64,000 nt of DNA. Origin: Dehalococcoidia bacterium (GTDB lineage: Bacteria > Chloroflexota > Dehalococcoidia > Bin125). The notes beneath the pieces are model-generated. The model was not told where the DNA came from. It saw only the letters and a list, made by a program, of their open reading frames with translations, and ran no database searches. Below are positions 9,207 to 18,903 of this stretch, in pieces. Both the position numbers and the translations under genes were made by a program. The stretch's first letter is position 1, and the number at the start of each line of letters is the position of its first letter. The stretch lies in assembly GCA_965203995.1 (NCBI GenBank), contig OZ241962.1:300453-364452 (forward strand), written 5' to 3'.

Positions 9207-10931
9207 GTGGTGCGAGAGCGCTCGGACGGTTGGCTCGGCCGCACCTGGCAGATCGCCGAGCCGCACGACGCGCCGCCCATCGAAGGTCTCGACGCCCCCT
9301 CCTTCGTTGGCCGCCTGCTCAGACGCCGCGGCGTCGACACGGTGCCCGCCGCCCAGGAGTTCCTCAATCCCGAGTGGTACCAACCGGCCGACACCGCGGT
9401 ACTCGGCCAGTGGACCGAGGCGATCGATCGCATTCAGCTCGCTGCCGAACGCGGCGAACCGGTCGCGATCTACGGCGACTACGACGTCGATGGGATCACC
9501 GGCACCGCAATCCTGACCGAGGCCCTGCGCGAGGTCGGCATCGACGCCCGGCCCTACATTCCGCACCGCGAGCGCGAGGGCTACGGCATCCAGGACGCCG
9601 CGCTGGCCCAACTGGCAGCCGGCGGCGCGCGCGTCCTGATCACCGCCGACTGCGGCATCACCGCGCTCAACGAGATCGCGGCCGCCCGCGACCGCCACGG
9701 CATGGATGTGATCGTGCTCGATCATCACGAGCCCGCCGACGCCCTTCCCCAGGCCACGGCCATCGTCACGCCCAAGCTCGCGCCCAATGGACACCCGCTC
9801 TCCGAGCTCTCGACCGGCGGGCTGGCCTATCGCTTCGCCCACGCAGTCGCCGAGCGGATGCAGTCGCCCGTGGACCAACGCCGCTGGCTCGATCTGGCGG
9901 CCATGTCGACGGTCGCCGATGTCGTCCCCCTGCGCGGCGAGAACCGCTGGATCGTGCACCAGGGACTGCGCGCGCTCGAGGCGACCGAGCGTCCCGGACT
10001 GCGCCAGCTCCTGCAATCGGGCCGCAGCCGCGCGCCGGTCGATACCGAGACGATCGGCTTCCAGATTGCGCCCAGGATCAACGCGGCCGGACGTCTCGAC
10101 GACGCCACCCTGGCGCTGGAGATGCTGATGGAGCGGGATCGCGAGTCGGCGCTGGAACTCGCGACGCGGCTGAACCGGCTCAACGATCAGCGGCGGCGGC
10201 TCACCTCCGAGGCGATGGTCGACGCGCAGGCGCAGATTCAACGACAGCTCGATCCCGCAGGCCAGGCGCCGCTGGTGCTCTTCGTCGGCGGACAGGACAT
10301 CCACCACGGAATCGTTGGAATCGTCGCCGGACGCCTCGCCGACGAGTGGTCGCGCCCCACCTTTGCCTGGTCGCTGGTGGACGGTGAAGCGCGCGCCTCC
10401 GGCCGCAGCGCGGCCGGATTCGACCTCGTGCGAATGCTCGACGGCGCTCGCGACCTGCTGATTCGGGGCGGCGGACACGCGATGGCCGCCGGCTTTTCGG
10501 CGATGCCCCAGCAGATGGGCGCGCTGATGGCCCGCTTCAACGACCTCGCCCAGGCGCAGCTCAACGCGGGCGAGGCCGGCGCCTGGGCCGCCCTGGAAGG
10601 CCGCACGGAGATCGACGCCCAGGTCCCGCTCTCGGCGCTGTCGCCGCAGATCGTCCACTGGATCGAACGTCTCGCGCCCTTCGGCGAGAGCAATCCCGCG
10701 CCCGTCTTTCTCAGCAACGGAGTCCCCGTACGCAGCGTCAAGACCGTCGGCCAGGACGACGCGCATCTGCGCCTCGATCTGGACGGCTGGTCGGCCATCG
10801 GCTGGCGGCTGGGCCAGGCAGCCTCCCAGGTCCAGTCGCACGTCGACCTCGTCTGGCGGCTGCGCCGCGGGCTCAGGGGCCGTCCCGAGCTGGAAGTCAT
10901 CGATCTGTCAGTGAGCGGCCAGGGCGCCTGA
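9207..10931 (+). CDS. recJ: single-stranded-DNA-specific exonuclease RecJ
   Basis: DHH family motifs: IYGDYDVDGITG, ITADCG, VLDHHEP and a GGGHAMAAG (DHHA1) motif. Confidence 0.93.
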   Translation: MVRERSDGWLGRTWQIAEPHDAPPIEGLDAPSFVGRLLRRRGVDTVPAAQEFLNPEWYQPADTAVLGQWTEAIDRIQLAAERGEPVAIYGDYDVDGITGTAILTEALREVGIDARPYIPHREREGYGIQDAALAQLAAGGARVLITADCGITALNEIAAARDRHGMDVIVLDHHEPADALPQATAIVTPKLAPNGHPLSELSTGGLAYRFAHAVAERMQSPVDQRRWLDLAAMSTVADVVPLRGENRWIVHQGLRALEATERPGLRQLLQSGRSRAPVDTETIGFQIAPRINAAGRLDDATLALEMLMERDRESALELATRLNRLNDQRRRLTSEAMVDAQAQIQRQLDPAGQAPLVLFVGGQDIHHGIVGIVAGRLADEWSRPTFAWSLVDGEARASGRSAAGFDLVRMLDGARDLLIRGGGHAMAAGFSAMPQQMGALMARFNDLAQAQLNAGEAGAWAALEGRTEIDAQVPLSALSPQIVHWIERLAPFGESNPAPVFLSNGVPVRSVKTVGQDDAHLRLDLDGWSAIGWRLGQAASQVQSHVDLVWRLRRGLRGRPELEVIDLSVSGQGA

Positions 10932-11029
10932 CCGCATCCCCCATCAACAGCCGCGCCACGAGCGGCGGACCGGGCCGCTGCATCCGTTAACCTGATTCAC
11001 ATTCGCGGCTGACTCAGAGAGGCGTCACT

Positions 11030-12991
11030 ATGGCTGTTCGCAACGTGGGAGTGGTGGGACACCAGGGTGCGGGCAAGACCACGCTGGTCGAGTCGCTGGC
11101 CTTCGCCATCGGTGCGACGACGCGGCTCGGCCGGGTCGAGGACGGCAACACGATCGCCGACTACGACCCCGAGGAGCAGGAACGTGGGATGTCGATCTCG
11201 ACCTCCCTGGTTTCCCTCGAACACGACGGCGTGCGCATGAACCTGCTCGACGCCCCCGGCTACGCCGACTTCGTCGGCGAGCTCGTCGCCGCCATGTCGG
11301 TCGTCGACGCGGTAATCGTGGTCGTCGACGCCTCCTCCGGCGTGCAGGTCGGCACCGAAACAGCCTGGCGCATGGCCGGCAAGCGCGGGATCCCCCGAGC
11401 CGTCGTGATTTCCCGCCTCGACCGCGACAACTCGTCCTTCGAGGACGCCCTCGCCTCGGTCCAGTCGATCCTCGGTTCCGAGTGCCAGCCGCTGTACCTC
11501 CCCAACGCCTCCGAAGCATCCTTCTCCGAGCTGACCGACGTCCTCGCCGACCCCGACGCCGACGGCCGCGAGGGCCTGATCGAGCAAATCGTCGAAGCCG
11601 ACGAAGACCTGATGATGCTCTATCTGGAGGACGAACAGATTGAAGAAGACGACCTGCGGGCCGCGCTGAAGACGGCCGTCCTGGCCGGTTCGCTGGCCCC
11701 GGTGCTGCCCAACTCAGCCGCCGGCGGCATCGGCGCGGGCGAGCTGTTGCGGCTGATCGCCGAAGTGCTGCCCGATCCCTCCGAGGCCCCGCCGATTGCC
11801 GAAGGCCTCGAAGACAGCGGCGAGCCCGCCGCGTTCGTCTTCAAGACCACGGCCGACGAGTTCGTCGGGCGGCTCTCGTACCTCCGCGTCGTCTCCGGTT
11901 CGATCGGCGGCGACGCCCATCTCGACAACGCGCAGAGCGGCGAGGACGAGCGCCTCACCGGCTTGTCGCGCGCCGCAGGCAAGACCTTGACCGCGGTCTC
12001 CGAGCTCGCCGCCGGCGACATCGGCGTCGTCACCAAGCTGCAGCACACGACCACCTTCAACACGCTGCGAGCCAAAGGCTCCAGCCTGCTCGTGCCCGCG
12101 CCGGATATGCCGCTGCCAATCTTCGCCGCCGCGGTCGAACCCAAGACCAAGGCCGACGTCGACAAGCTGGGACCGTCCCTGGCCAGGCTGGTCGAGGGCG
12201 ACCCGACCTTGCAGATCGAACGCGACCGCGACTCCGGCGAGACGATCCTCAGCGGTCTGAGCGAATCGCACGTCCAGCTCTCCGCAGGTCGCCTGTTCAG
12301 CAAGTACCACGTCGAGGTCGAGATCAAGGATCGGCAGGTCCCATACCGCGAGACGGTCACCACCACCGGACAGGCCGAGTACCTGCACAAGAAGCAGACC
12401 GGCGGCAGCGGCCAGTACGCCCGCGTCGCATTGCGGGTCGAGCCGCAGCCCCGCGGCGCCGGCTTCGAGTTCAGCGACGAGATCGTCGGCGGCGCAGTCC
12501 CGCGCAACTACATTCCGGCGGTCGAGAAGGGCGTGGTCGAGTCGCTCCCCAGAGGAGTCTTCCCGCTCACCGACCTGCGCGTCACGCTCTACGACGGCAA
12601 GCACCACGATGTCGACTCGTCGGAGATGGCCTTCAAACTGGCCGCCTCACAGGCGCTCAAGGAAAGCGTCTCCAGCGCGCGTCCCATCCTGCTGGAGCCG
12701 ATCCAGACCTTTCGCATCACCGCGCCCGAGTCGTCCACCGGCGACATCATCAGCGACCTCAACTCACGCCGCGCCCGCGTATTGGGCATGGAGCCTGCCG
12801 ACGAACCGCCCGCATCCTCGGTCGTCATCGCAGAAGGCCCGATGGCCGAGTTCCTGCACTACGCAACCGATCTGCGCTCGATGACCGGCGGTCGCGGCAC
12901 CTTCACCTGGCAGTTCGACCGCTACGACCAGGTCCCCGAGCACGTCGCCCAGAAGGTCCGCCAGGACGCCGAGGCCGCCGCAGCCGGCTAA
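11030..12991 (+). CDS. elongation factor G family GTPase (EF-G paralogue)
   Basis: G1 motif VGHQGAGKTT, DAPGYADF, and EF-G domains II-V recognisable. 653 aa, shorter than canonical FusA. Confidence 0.85.
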   Translation: MAVRNVGVVGHQGAGKTTLVESLAFAIGATTRLGRVEDGNTIADYDPEEQERGMSISTSLVSLEHDGVRMNLLDAPGYADFVGELVAAMSVVDAVIVVVDASSGVQVGTETAWRMAGKRGIPRAVVISRLDRDNSSFEDALASVQSILGSECQPLYLPNASEASFSELTDVLADPDADGREGLIEQIVEADEDLMMLYLEDEQIEEDDLRAALKTAVLAGSLAPVLPNSAAGGIGAGELLRLIAEVLPDPSEAPPIAEGLEDSGEPAAFVFKTTADEFVGRLSYLRVVSGSIGGDAHLDNAQSGEDERLTGLSRAAGKTLTAVSELAAGDIGVVTKLQHTTTFNTLRAKGSSLLVPAPDMPLPIFAAAVEPKTKADVDKLGPSLARLVEGDPTLQIERDRDSGETILSGLSESHVQLSAGRLFSKYHVEVEIKDRQVPYRETVTTTGQAEYLHKKQTGGSGQYARVALRVEPQPRGAGFEFSDEIVGGAVPRNYIPAVEKGVVESLPRGVFPLTDLRVTLYDGKHHDVDSSEMAFKLAASQALKESVSSARPILLEPIQTFRITAPESSTGDIISDLNSRRARVLGMEPADEPPASSVVIAEGPMAEFLHYATDLRSMTGGRGTFTWQFDRYDQVPEHVAQKVRQDAEAAAAG

Positions 12992-13833
12992 TCCGACCGC
13001 GGCCGCAGCTCGAACACCATGCGGATCCGCGAGGTCACAGACTCGCTGCCGCCGAACACCGGCGTTGGCTCGAAGCCGTCATCGGCAAACGCCGCTTCCG
13101 CCGCTTCCTCGACATCGCGCGACGCCGTCAGGCTGCCGATCGGGCTGAGCTCCACGATCCGCACGATCTCGTAGCCCATGTGATCGGCGATCGAGTCGGC
13201 GGTCGACTGCGCATCGTCGATCGCGTCGAGCAGCGCCAGCCGCTCCGCTTCGGCCCGGCCCGACGCGGTGAAGTCAAGCCCGTCGAAGTGCAGGCCGTCG
13301 CCACCGGCGCCAATCACCAGGTCGACCAGTCCACCGGCGAACCCGGTGCCGCGAATCGCAATCTGCAGCCGGTACTCGTACTCCCAGCCTCGCAGCACGC
13401 GGCCTGATTCCGTCCAGTCCCAGACCTGACCGAGTCGGAATCCGACCGTTTGCAATCCGTTGGGCGAGATGCAGGTCGGGTCCGCCGTGTGATCGGCATG
13501 CTCCGGCTCGCCTGGGGTGCAACTCTCCACGACGGCGTCGCGGATCGCGTTGACCACGAGCACGCCCGCCTGGCGAGCTTCCCACGCGGAATCGCGCTCG
13601 ATCACCACCCTGAACCGCGCCACCGCGCCGTCGTAGGCAACTGTCCGCGAGGCAACGCCGTCGATCGTCAGCGTGGTCAACTCTTCCTCGGAGGATGGAA
13701 CCAGCTTCAGGTCGTACTCCTGATCGGCGCTGACCCTGAGCGCGCCCGCGATCAACAGCGCGGCCGTGACCGCCACCAGCGCGAGCAATGCCAGCAGTCG
13801 CCCCGATGTCGCATGCAGTGCCGTGAACTTCAT
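12988..13833 (-). CDS. secreted SIMPL-domain (DUF541-like) protein
   Basis: N-terminal signal/TM (LLALLALVAVTAALLIAGA). The C-terminal half has the SIMPL-like pattern (…AIDDAQSTADSIADHMGYEIVRIVELS…). Confidence 0.6.
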   Translation of the reverse strand: MKFTALHATSGRLLALLALVAVTAALLIAGALRVSADQEYDLKLVPSSEEELTTLTIDGVASRTVAYDGAVARFRVVIERDSAWEARQAGVLVVNAIRDAVVESCTPGEPEHADHTADPTCISPNGLQTVGFRLGQVWDWTESGRVLRGWEYEYRLQIAIRGTGFAGGLVDLVIGAGGDGLHFDGLDFTASGRAEAERLALLDAIDDAQSTADSIADHMGYEIVRIVELSPIGSLTASRDVEEAAEAAFADDGFEPTPVFGGSESVTSRIRMVFELRPRSD

Positions 13834-13892
13834 ACCCTGACCCTTTCGCGATCTGCCGCCGAAGTGCCGCTCAGCGCGGCCCCTCTCCTACA

Positions 13893-14636
13893 TTACGTCT
13901 GCAACGGCTCAGTTGTTCCGTCCAGGTGCCGAGCGAAGAAGTCGAGCATCGTCTCCCAGGCCGCCTCCGCCGACTCCTCGTGATGACCAACCGACATCGG
14001 AGAAAAGCGAACAAACAGTGACTGCAGCCCCTGGTACTGACTCATGAACGAGTGTCCGGCCCCCGCGTACACCTTGATCTCATGCTCCACGCCGAGTTCA
14101 TCCAGATGCCCACGCAACCGCTCGGCCTGCGCCACGAACACGCGGTCCCGCTCTCCGTATCCCGCGAACACCGGACAGATCCCCTCCAGCGCCTCAACCT
14201 CCCGAGGCACCGCGCCGTAGAAGTCCGCCGCCACGCCGATCGGCGACCGCGCCGCGTGCAGGATCGCAAACCCGCCGCCCAGGCAGAAACCGGCCACCGC
14301 TAACCGCGACTCGTCGACATTGTCGCGCTCGGCCAGCCACACCCGCGCCGCCTCAATGTCATCAAATGCGCGCCCCGAGCCGCTGCGCAGCGCCCGCATC
14401 GTCCGGCGAATACAGATCGGCTTCGCCCGCGGTCCGACCGAGTAGAGATCCGGCGCCAGCGCCACGTACCCGTGTTCGGCAAACCGACGCACAATCCGCC
14501 TGATGTCGTCGTTGAGCCCAAACAGTTCGTGCAGGACCAGCACCCCGGGCCGTGAGCCCTCGGACGACTCCGGCGACGCCAGGTATGCGGATAGAACACC
14601 ATCGCCTGTCGGAATGCGCACGGATTGGGTCGGCAT
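13893..14636 (-). CDS. dienelactone hydrolase family protein
   Basis: GVLVLHELFGLN…, nucleophile context GFCLGG, and C-terminal AGHSF. Confidence 0.9.
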   Translation of the reverse strand: MPTQSVRIPTGDGVLSAYLASPESSEGSRPGVLVLHELFGLNDDIRRIVRRFAEHGYVALAPDLYSVGPRAKPICIRRTMRALRSGSGRAFDDIEAARVWLAERDNVDESRLAVAGFCLGGGFAILHAARSPIGVAADFYGAVPREVEALEGICPVFAGYGERDRVFVAQAERLRGHLDELGVEHEIKVYAGAGHSFMSQYQGLQSLFVRFSPMSVGHHEESAEAAWETMLDFFARHLDGTTEPLQT

Positions 14637-14712
14637 CAGCCACCTCCTGATCTCGCGATAGCCTGCGGATGATACGGCTCGCGTGAGCCAACACTAGCGA
14701 AGGATTGGCACA

Positions 14713-15498
14713 GTGGCTGACTACGACACCCTCGGATACGAGGTCGCCGACGGCGTGGCGACAATCACCATCAACCGGCCCGAGGCCGCCAACTCGCTCT
14801 CGTTGGACATGTGCCGCGAGCTGATGGACGCGTCGATCCAGGTGGACGACGACCCCGACGTGCGCGCCGTCGTCTTCCGCGGCTCGGGACGATTCTTCTG
14901 CACCGGCGCCGACCTCCGCGGATTTCCACCGGCCGGTCCCGAGATGGCAACCTACGTCAAGGAGATGACCACCTACCTCCACGCCGCCGTCTCGCGATTC
15001 GCCCGCATGGACCCGCCGATGATCACCGCGATCAACGGCACCTGCGCCGGCGCGGGTATGAGCCTCGCCCTGATCGGCGACCTCGCCCTGGCCGGTGAGT
15101 CCTCCCGCTTCACGATGGCCTACTCCCGCATCGGCCTCACGCCCGACGGTTCCTCCACCTACTTCCTGCCCCGGCTCGTCGGCCTGCGCCGCGCGATTGA
15201 ACTCTGCCTCACCAACCGCATGCTTTCCGCCCAGGAAGCGCTGGACTGGGGCATGATCAACCGCATCGTGCCCGACGACGAACTGCACACGTCTGCCCAC
15301 GAACTCGCCGCGCAGCTCGCCGCCGGCCCGACCGAATCGATCGGCGCAGCCAAGCGGCTCTACCACCTGTCCTGGAACGAGGGCCTCGAGACGCAGATGG
15401 AGTGGGAGACGCGAGCGATCACCGAAGCCGCGCGCCGCCCCGAGGCCAAGGAAGGCCTGACCGCCTTTTTCGAGAAACGCGACCCGGTCTTCCGCTAG
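14713..15498 (+). CDS. enoyl-CoA hydratase/isomerase (crotonase) family
   Basis: ITINRPEAANSL, FCTGADL, INGTCAGAGMSLAL: canonical crotonase motifs. Confidence 0.9.
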   Translation: MADYDTLGYEVADGVATITINRPEAANSLSLDMCRELMDASIQVDDDPDVRAVVFRGSGRFFCTGADLRGFPPAGPEMATYVKEMTTYLHAAVSRFARMDPPMITAINGTCAGAGMSLALIGDLALAGESSRFTMAYSRIGLTPDGSSTYFLPRLVGLRRAIELCLTNRMLSAQEALDWGMINRIVPDDELHTSAHELAAQLAAGPTESIGAAKRLYHLSWNEGLETQMEWETRAITEAARRPEAKEGLTAFFEKRDPVFR

Positions 15499-15537
15499 TC
15501 CGAACCAGAACCCCGGCAGAGCTCCGGAGTCCAATCC

Positions 15538-15966
15538 ATGTCCGACGCCGACGACCCCCTCCTTGCTTTCCTCCACGGCGAACTCGAGCAGATCGAGGAT
15601 GCCGTGGGCTTCAGCCAACTGTTGCCGCTGCCCACGATCCCGCTCGAAGCGTCGCACGGCGAGTCGCAGACCTTGAGCTGGTCCTACCGCTTCACCTGGC
15701 AGGAGGTCGAGCGCAGCCGCCGATACGTGCTCCCGCTGGATCGTGAACGCGCGCGCGCAGCCCGGCGTCCGGCCGTCGAGCAGATTGTCCGCCAGCTCGA
15801 ATCACAATTGGACGGCGAAGTTGCGGGACACGCCCTGCCCGTCGGCGACGTCCGCCGGCGGGTCAGCCTGAACGCGATCCTCAACGTCTATGCCGTCCAG
15901 GAGTCGATCGATGTCGGTCCGCTGCAGCCCTGGCCACCGCCGACGACGCAGGCCGGCGACGAGTAG
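15538..15966 (+). CDS. hypothetical protein
   Basis: 142-aa ORF in the coding-strand context between two + genes. No recognisable motif. Confidence 0.45.
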   Translation: MSDADDPLLAFLHGELEQIEDAVGFSQLLPLPTIPLEASHGESQTLSWSYRFTWQEVERSRRYVLPLDRERARAARRPAVEQIVRQLESQLDGEVAGHALPVGDVRRRVSLNAILNVYAVQESIDVGPLQPWPPPTTQAGDE

Positions 15967-16028
15967 CATTGCGGGCAAGCAACCGCTCGTCAGTCTCTAT
16001 CGGCAGTTGCACTAGGAAGGAACCGGAC

Positions 16029-17072
16029 ATGAAAGCTGTGGTGATGGAAGGCGTCCGCCAGCCCCTGGTGGTGCGAGATTTCCCCGATCCCGTCATTGGT
16101 CCCAGAGACGCGCTGGTGCGGGTCGAGGCCTGCGGCGTCTGCCGCTCCGACTGGCACCTCTGGCAGGGCGACCTCTCCTGGGTCGGATTCGAGCTGCCCA
16201 TTCCCTGCGTGCTGGGACATGAGTGGGCGGGCACGGTCGAAGCGGTCGGCGACGACGTCGAGCACATCCGCCCCGGCATGCGCGTGCTCACCCCGTTCCA
16301 CAACGGCTGCGGCAACTGCCAGATCTGCCGCAGCGGACTGCCCAACATCTGCGACACCCAGGGCGGATTCGCCGGCGGGTTCGCCCAGAAGGCGGCCATC
16401 TACAACGCCGATTTCAACGCCATCCCGCTGCCCGACAACGTCTCCTTCGAGGCCGGCGCGGCCATGGGCTGTCGCTTCATGACCTCCTACCACGGCGTCG
16501 CCGACCGCGGCGAGGTCTCCGGCGGCGACTGGGTCGTAGTCAACGGCTGCGGCGGCATCGGCCTCTCGGCCGTGCAGGTCGCCGCCTCGCTCGGCGCGCA
16601 GGTCATCGCCGTCGACCTCGAGGAAGGCAAGCTCTCCCTCGCCCGCTCCCAGGGCGCCGTCGAGACAATCAACGCGCTGGAACACGATGTGCCCGCCAGG
16701 GTCCGCGAGATCACCGACGGCGGTGCCAACGTCTCCGTCGACGCGCTCGGCATCAAGGCGACGATGCTCAACTCGGTCAACTCCCTGCGCAAAGGCGGCG
16801 TCCACGTCCAGATCGGCATCACCTCGGCCGACGAAGCGGGCGAAGTCGGCCTGCCGATCGACTTCATCACCATGTCCGAGATCGAGTTCCGCGGCTCGCT
16901 GGGCTTGCCCAACCAGAACTACCCCTCGATGCTCAACATGGTCGCCTCGGGCAAACTGCAGCCCGAGACCATCGTCTCCGAAACCATCTCCATCGACCAG
17001 GTCCCCGAGGTCGTCGAGTCGATGACCACCTTCCAGACCACCGGCTTCGTCACCATCACGGACTTTGCCTGA
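16029..17072 (+). CDS. zinc-dependent alcohol dehydrogenase family oxidoreductase
   Basis: ATG at 16029 follows AGGAAGG (MKAVVMEG…). GVCRSDWH, structural-zinc Cys cluster (GCGNCQICRSG) and GCGGIG Rossmann motif. Confidence 0.9.
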   Translation: MKAVVMEGVRQPLVVRDFPDPVIGPRDALVRVEACGVCRSDWHLWQGDLSWVGFELPIPCVLGHEWAGTVEAVGDDVEHIRPGMRVLTPFHNGCGNCQICRSGLPNICDTQGGFAGGFAQKAAIYNADFNAIPLPDNVSFEAGAAMGCRFMTSYHGVADRGEVSGGDWVVVNGCGGIGLSAVQVAASLGAQVIAVDLEEGKLSLARSQGAVETINALEHDVPARVREITDGGANVSVDALGIKATMLNSVNSLRKGGVHVQIGITSADEAGEVGLPIDFITMSEIEFRGSLGLPNQNYPSMLNMVASGKLQPETIVSETISIDQVPEVVESMTTFQTTGFVTITDFA

Positions 17073-17122
17073 GCAATCGGAACTCCCCCAATGGGAGATC
17101 TGCGCGTAGACCGCCACTCCTG

Positions 17123-17283
17123 CTCCCTCTCCCTCTGGGAGAGGGCTGGGGTGAGGGTCCGGCGATGTTTCGCACTCTCTCGGAGGTCGCTAACTCAGAG
17201 ACGGAGGCCCTCACCCAAACCCCCTCCCTCGGAGAGAGGGGACCGCTAAGAGCGGTACTCTCGGCTCCCAGAGGGAGGCTGAG
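17123..17283. repeat. cluster of family-A GC-rich palindromic repeats (two inverted full copies plus a partial)
   Basis: 17123-17158 reads CTCCCTCTCCCTCTGGGAGAGGGCTGGGGTGAGGGT. 17207-17243 is the inverted form GCCCTCACCCAAACCCCCTCCCTCGGAGAGAGGGGACC. 17261-17283 is a partial copy. Confidence 0.8.
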
Positions 17284-17304
17284 TTAAGTCTGGGAGACAC
17301 AGCC

Positions 17305-18207
17305 ATGCCCAACGACTGTCCCCACTGCACATGGATCGGCGAGCGCCGCTTCTGCCCCGCCTGCGGGGCCGCGCTCTGGTCTCCCGACACCGAAGAAGGC
17401 GCCGCCGAGTGCACCGTCGTCCTTTCATTCGATGTCGACGGCGCATCGGGCATGATCAACCGCAATCCGCAGATTGAGCATCTGCCCTCGGCCCGCTCCT
17501 TCGGCGACTACGGCCCCGCCGTCGCCGTGCCCCACATTCTCGCCGCGCTGGCTCGGGCAGTCGTGCCCGCCTCGTTCTACATCCCCGGCTGGGTCGCCGA
17601 GCGCAATCCCGCCACCGTCGAACGGATCGCTGCAGCCGGACACGAGATTGGACACCACGGATACCTGCACGAGCCGCCCGCCACGCTCACGGCGGAAGAA
17701 GAGGCCGACGTGCTGGACCGGGGCAGCGACATCCTGCAGGGCATCACCGGCGAACCGGTCGCCGGCTACCGTTCGCCCTCGTGGGAACTGAGCGATGTCT
17801 CTCTGCAACTCATGGCCGAGCGCGGTTTCCGCTACGACTCCTCGCTGATGGGCTCGGACGCCCCCTACTGGGTCGCCGCCGGCGACTCCCGGCTGGTCGA
17901 GCTCCCGATTCACTGGGCGCTCGACGACTATCCCTACTTCATCTTCGCACCCACCGACGGCCGCCGCTTGCAGGCCGCGCCCGAGCAGGTCGAATCGACC
18001 TGGAAGGACGCCTTCGACGAAATCCGCCGCCGCGGCGGCGTCTTCACCCTCACCATGCACCCCTACATCATCGGCCGCCCCGGCCGAGTCGCCATGCTCG
18101 AACGCCTCATCCAGTACATGCGCTCAAAATCGGGCGTCACCTTCACCCGCGCGGTCGACGTCTGCGACGAGTTCGCCGCGCAGTGGGCTTCGACGCGGCC
18201 GCAGTAG
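17305..18207 (+). CDS. polysaccharide deacetylase family protein with N-terminal zinc-ribbon
   Basis: CPHC…CPACG ribbon followed by a NodB-like domain (…SFDVDG…, GHEIGHHGYLH…). Confidence 0.85.
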   Translation: MPNDCPHCTWIGERRFCPACGAALWSPDTEEGAAECTVVLSFDVDGASGMINRNPQIEHLPSARSFGDYGPAVAVPHILAALARAVVPASFYIPGWVAERNPATVERIAAAGHEIGHHGYLHEPPATLTAEEEADVLDRGSDILQGITGEPVAGYRSPSWELSDVSLQLMAERGFRYDSSLMGSDAPYWVAAGDSRLVELPIHWALDDYPYFIFAPTDGRRLQAAPEQVESTWKDAFDEIRRRGGVFTLTMHPYIIGRPGRVAMLERLIQYMRSKSGVTFTRAVDVCDEFAAQWASTRPQ

Positions 18208-18291
18208 CTTCAGCATTCCACTCACTCGTCATACCCGCGCTTGTCGCAGGTATCTCGCCGGGTACGGCACAGCGGTGGATAAGCTGTCCTT

Positions 18292-18903
18292 GTGAGCCCC
18301 ACTTCCGACCGCTTCGACACCACCATCGCCGCCATCGACGCAGCCAACGCCGACGATCCGTTCACCCTCACGGTCGACGGCCGGCCGCAGCCCAAGGAAC
18401 AGACCCACGCCGAGATGATGACGCGCTGGGTTCGCGAACTCGACCCGGACGCATCCGAGGAACTGCTGCTCGCCGCCCGAGCCCATCACATCCGCCGCTG
18501 GATGATTCCCCGCTCGACCTTCCCCGCCGGCCGCTCCGCCTATCTGCGCTGGCGGCGGGCGCTGCACGCAGTCCATGCCGAGCTGACGGCCGCGATCCTC
18601 GAGGAGTGCGGCTACCCACGACGCTCGGTCGAGCGCGTCGCCGCGCTCGTCGCCAAGGCCGACCTGCTGCAGGCCGGCGACCCCGAGGCGCAGACCCTGG
18701 AAGACGCGCTCTCCCTCGTCTTCCTCGACACTCAACTCGAGCCCCTGCTCGACGACCTCGACGACCGCCAGCTCAGCCGGGCGCTGGGCCGCACCTGGCG
18801 TAAGATGTCGCCCAACGGCCGGGCCGCCGCCCGACGATTGCATCTCTCCGACCGAGCGGTTGAAACGTGTTCCCGGTTGGTCGACGGATTCGCCGATGGC
18901 TGA
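18292..18903 (+). CDS. DUF4202-like protein
   Basis: 203-aa ORF. The pattern …ARAHHIRRW…YLRWRRALH… matches my recollection of the DUF4202 family. Confidence 0.65.
   Translation: MSPTSDRFDTTIAAIDAANADDPFTLTVDGRPQPKEQTHAEMMTRWVRELDPDASEELLLAARAHHIRRWMIPRSTFPAGRSAYLRWRRALHAVHAELTAAILEECGYPRRSVERVAALVAKADLLQAGDPEAQTLEDALSLVFLDTQLEPLLDDLDDRQLSRALGRTWRKMSPNGRAAARRLHLSDRAVETCSRLVDGFADG

Noticed and set aside
8706-10841. 711-aa minus-strand ORF
   Set aside because: It lies antisense to clearly identifiable fabF and recJ. The product is Arg/Gly/Ala/Asp-rich with no motif. This is a typical high-GC shadow ORF.
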